Shown piece after piece: positions 63,095 to 64,000 of a DNA stretch of 64,000 nt. The stretch is from positions 6,208 to 70,207 of IMG/VR virus record IMGVR_UViG_3300036833_000303; one strand, written 5' to 3'. How positions within the stretch are numbered: position 1 is the first letter of the stretch; the number at the start of each line of letters is the position of its first letter. The DNA is from a virus. Its lineage: Duplodnaviria; Caudoviricetes. The translations under genes were made by a program, and so were the position numbers. Under the pieces are notes generated by a model. That model worked only from the letters and a program-made list of their open reading frames with translations. It did no database searches and was not told where the DNA came from.

Positions 63095-63318
63095 GGCAGG
63101 TGCAGGACGCGGTGGACCAGCGCGTGCGCCAACAGATAGCCGAGCGCCACCGCGCCGGCGGTGGCGAACAGCGAGACGACCGCATAGCGCAAGCGCTCGT
63201 GGCGGCGGCGCAAGCCTCTTCGCGTAAGCTCCTCGAGGGCGCCGGTCGCTAGTAGCCCTACTACGCTAAAGCTCCGAAGGGGGCGAACGCATTTGTGGGT
63301 CAACGGGTTAACTCTCAT
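63091..63318 (-). CDS. Small membrane protein, first gene after the leftward promoter
   Basis: C-terminal TM YAVVSLFATAGAVALGYLL. Confidence 0.45.
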   Translation of the reverse strand: MRVNPLTHKCVRPLRSFSVVGLLATGALEELTRRGLRRRHERLRYAVVSLFATAGAVALGYLLAHALVHRVLHLP

Positions 63319-63328
63319 GTGGACGGTG

Positions 63329-63357
63329 ATTTTAATAGAATTCTCTCTAAGACGCAA
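63329..63357 (-). promoter_or_regulatory. Sigma70-type leftward early promoter (PL-like)
   Basis: TTGCGT-17 bp-TAAAAT. Confidence 0.65.
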
Positions 63358-63864
63358 CCGTATTTTGCACTCTAACAACAGGGAGCGCCATCACGATCTT
63401 TCACAAGGAATTCACGAGATATTGATGGTTGACGCTGCTCCGCCCGAGGGCAAAGATGACGAAACCATGACGTCGCGTGCCGCAGCTTCAGGCCGAATCG
63501 GGGGCTCGAATGCCGGAGAATCGCCACTGCGAAGCTCACAGGAAACTCTTCGAGACCGGCCGGCGATGGCGCTCGGCGCACCCGATTCCGTCGCCTGCAC
63601 GCTTGCACTTGATCGACGTTACGGCGGGGTTAGCCCTGGTTGTCGCGGGTTGGGTGGTGCAGCCTTACAGTGCGGCGTCGCCCTCAGGCTCAAACGCATT
63701 ATGGCTAGGGCTGGCGCTCGCCGCGGTGATCTGTGACCGCGCGGGCCGCATCACGGCACTGCTCGGTAATTCCGGGTGTCTGGTTTGGGAGTGGATGTCG
63801 CCCGGCGCTCCACCCCAGCACGGGGTTGGGTGGCTCGTCTTTCACATCGCATCGTGGTTGTTGA

Positions 63865-64000
63865 TCATCGTGCTCGCCGACCAGCGCCAAAACCTGCGGC
63901 GATGGCTGCTACGAGCGTGGAGCGCACTGTATCGTCAATCACTTGACCATCACGGCGACGGTCCGCGAGCACATTATACACCTGTGCTACAGCCGTGGGC
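63865..64000 (-). CDS. 3' end of a gene running off the window (possibly the repressor)
   Basis: Open frame PTAVAQVYNVLADRRRDG...GAGRRAR*. Identity is positional guess only. Confidence 0.4.
   Translation of the reverse strand, partial: PTAVAQVYNVLADRRRDGQVIDDTVRSTLVAAIAAGFGAGRRAR

Larger units (their letters stand above)
1..64000. mobile_element. Temperate myovirus-type phage genome in circular/excised gene order
   Basis: Terminase, portal, capsid, sheath, tube, tape measure, baseplate and fibre genes. Integrase and attP are internal, with phage genes on both sides. Confidence 0.93.

Noticed and set aside
63400-63860. ORFs 63293-63736, 63412-63600 and 63705-63890
   Set aside because: No RBS, motif or codon support. 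Probably regulatory or degenerate sequence next to the immunity region.
1-64000. CRISPR array
   Set aside because: No regularly spaced identical repeats with unique spacers. The palindromic elements are dispersed and variable.

Overview
The whole window is one temperate tailed phage (contractile-tail/myovirus-type morphogenesis genes; GC-rich; probably an alphaproteobacterial host, inferred from GapR-like and DUF1376 genes and CTATAT-type promoters). It is in circular/excised gene order: rightward early replication and accessory operon (1-8.8 kb), a leftward cluster of small accessory genes (8.8-12.1 kb), packaging, head, neck, tail and baseplate genes with several antisense insertions (12.2-52 kb), two morons (PEP-CTERM and Pro-rich), an intact attP, tyrosine integrase/excisionase and a leftward recombination operon (54-64 kb). 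The immunity region probably lies just outside the window. The most notable signals are: (1) attP carries the 5' half of a tRNA-Sec (selC) up to its UCA anticodon loop, and one early gene has an in-frame TGA followed by a SECIS-like hairpin (candidate phage selenoprotein, or simply a nonsense mutation); (2) a repeated promoter/operator + CTGGAA-loop hairpin + GAAAGGA RBS cassette heads most antisense accessory genes; (3) a family of about 30-bp palindromic elements sits in intergenic and coding DNA, including signal-peptide codons; (4) two homing-endonuclease genes are inserted into the first codons of a host gene and bring a recoded replacement N-terminus; (5) a run of late genes has Sec/Tat-like signal peptides, and no lysis cassette is recognisable. 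All family assignments are from motif recognition by eye, not database searches.
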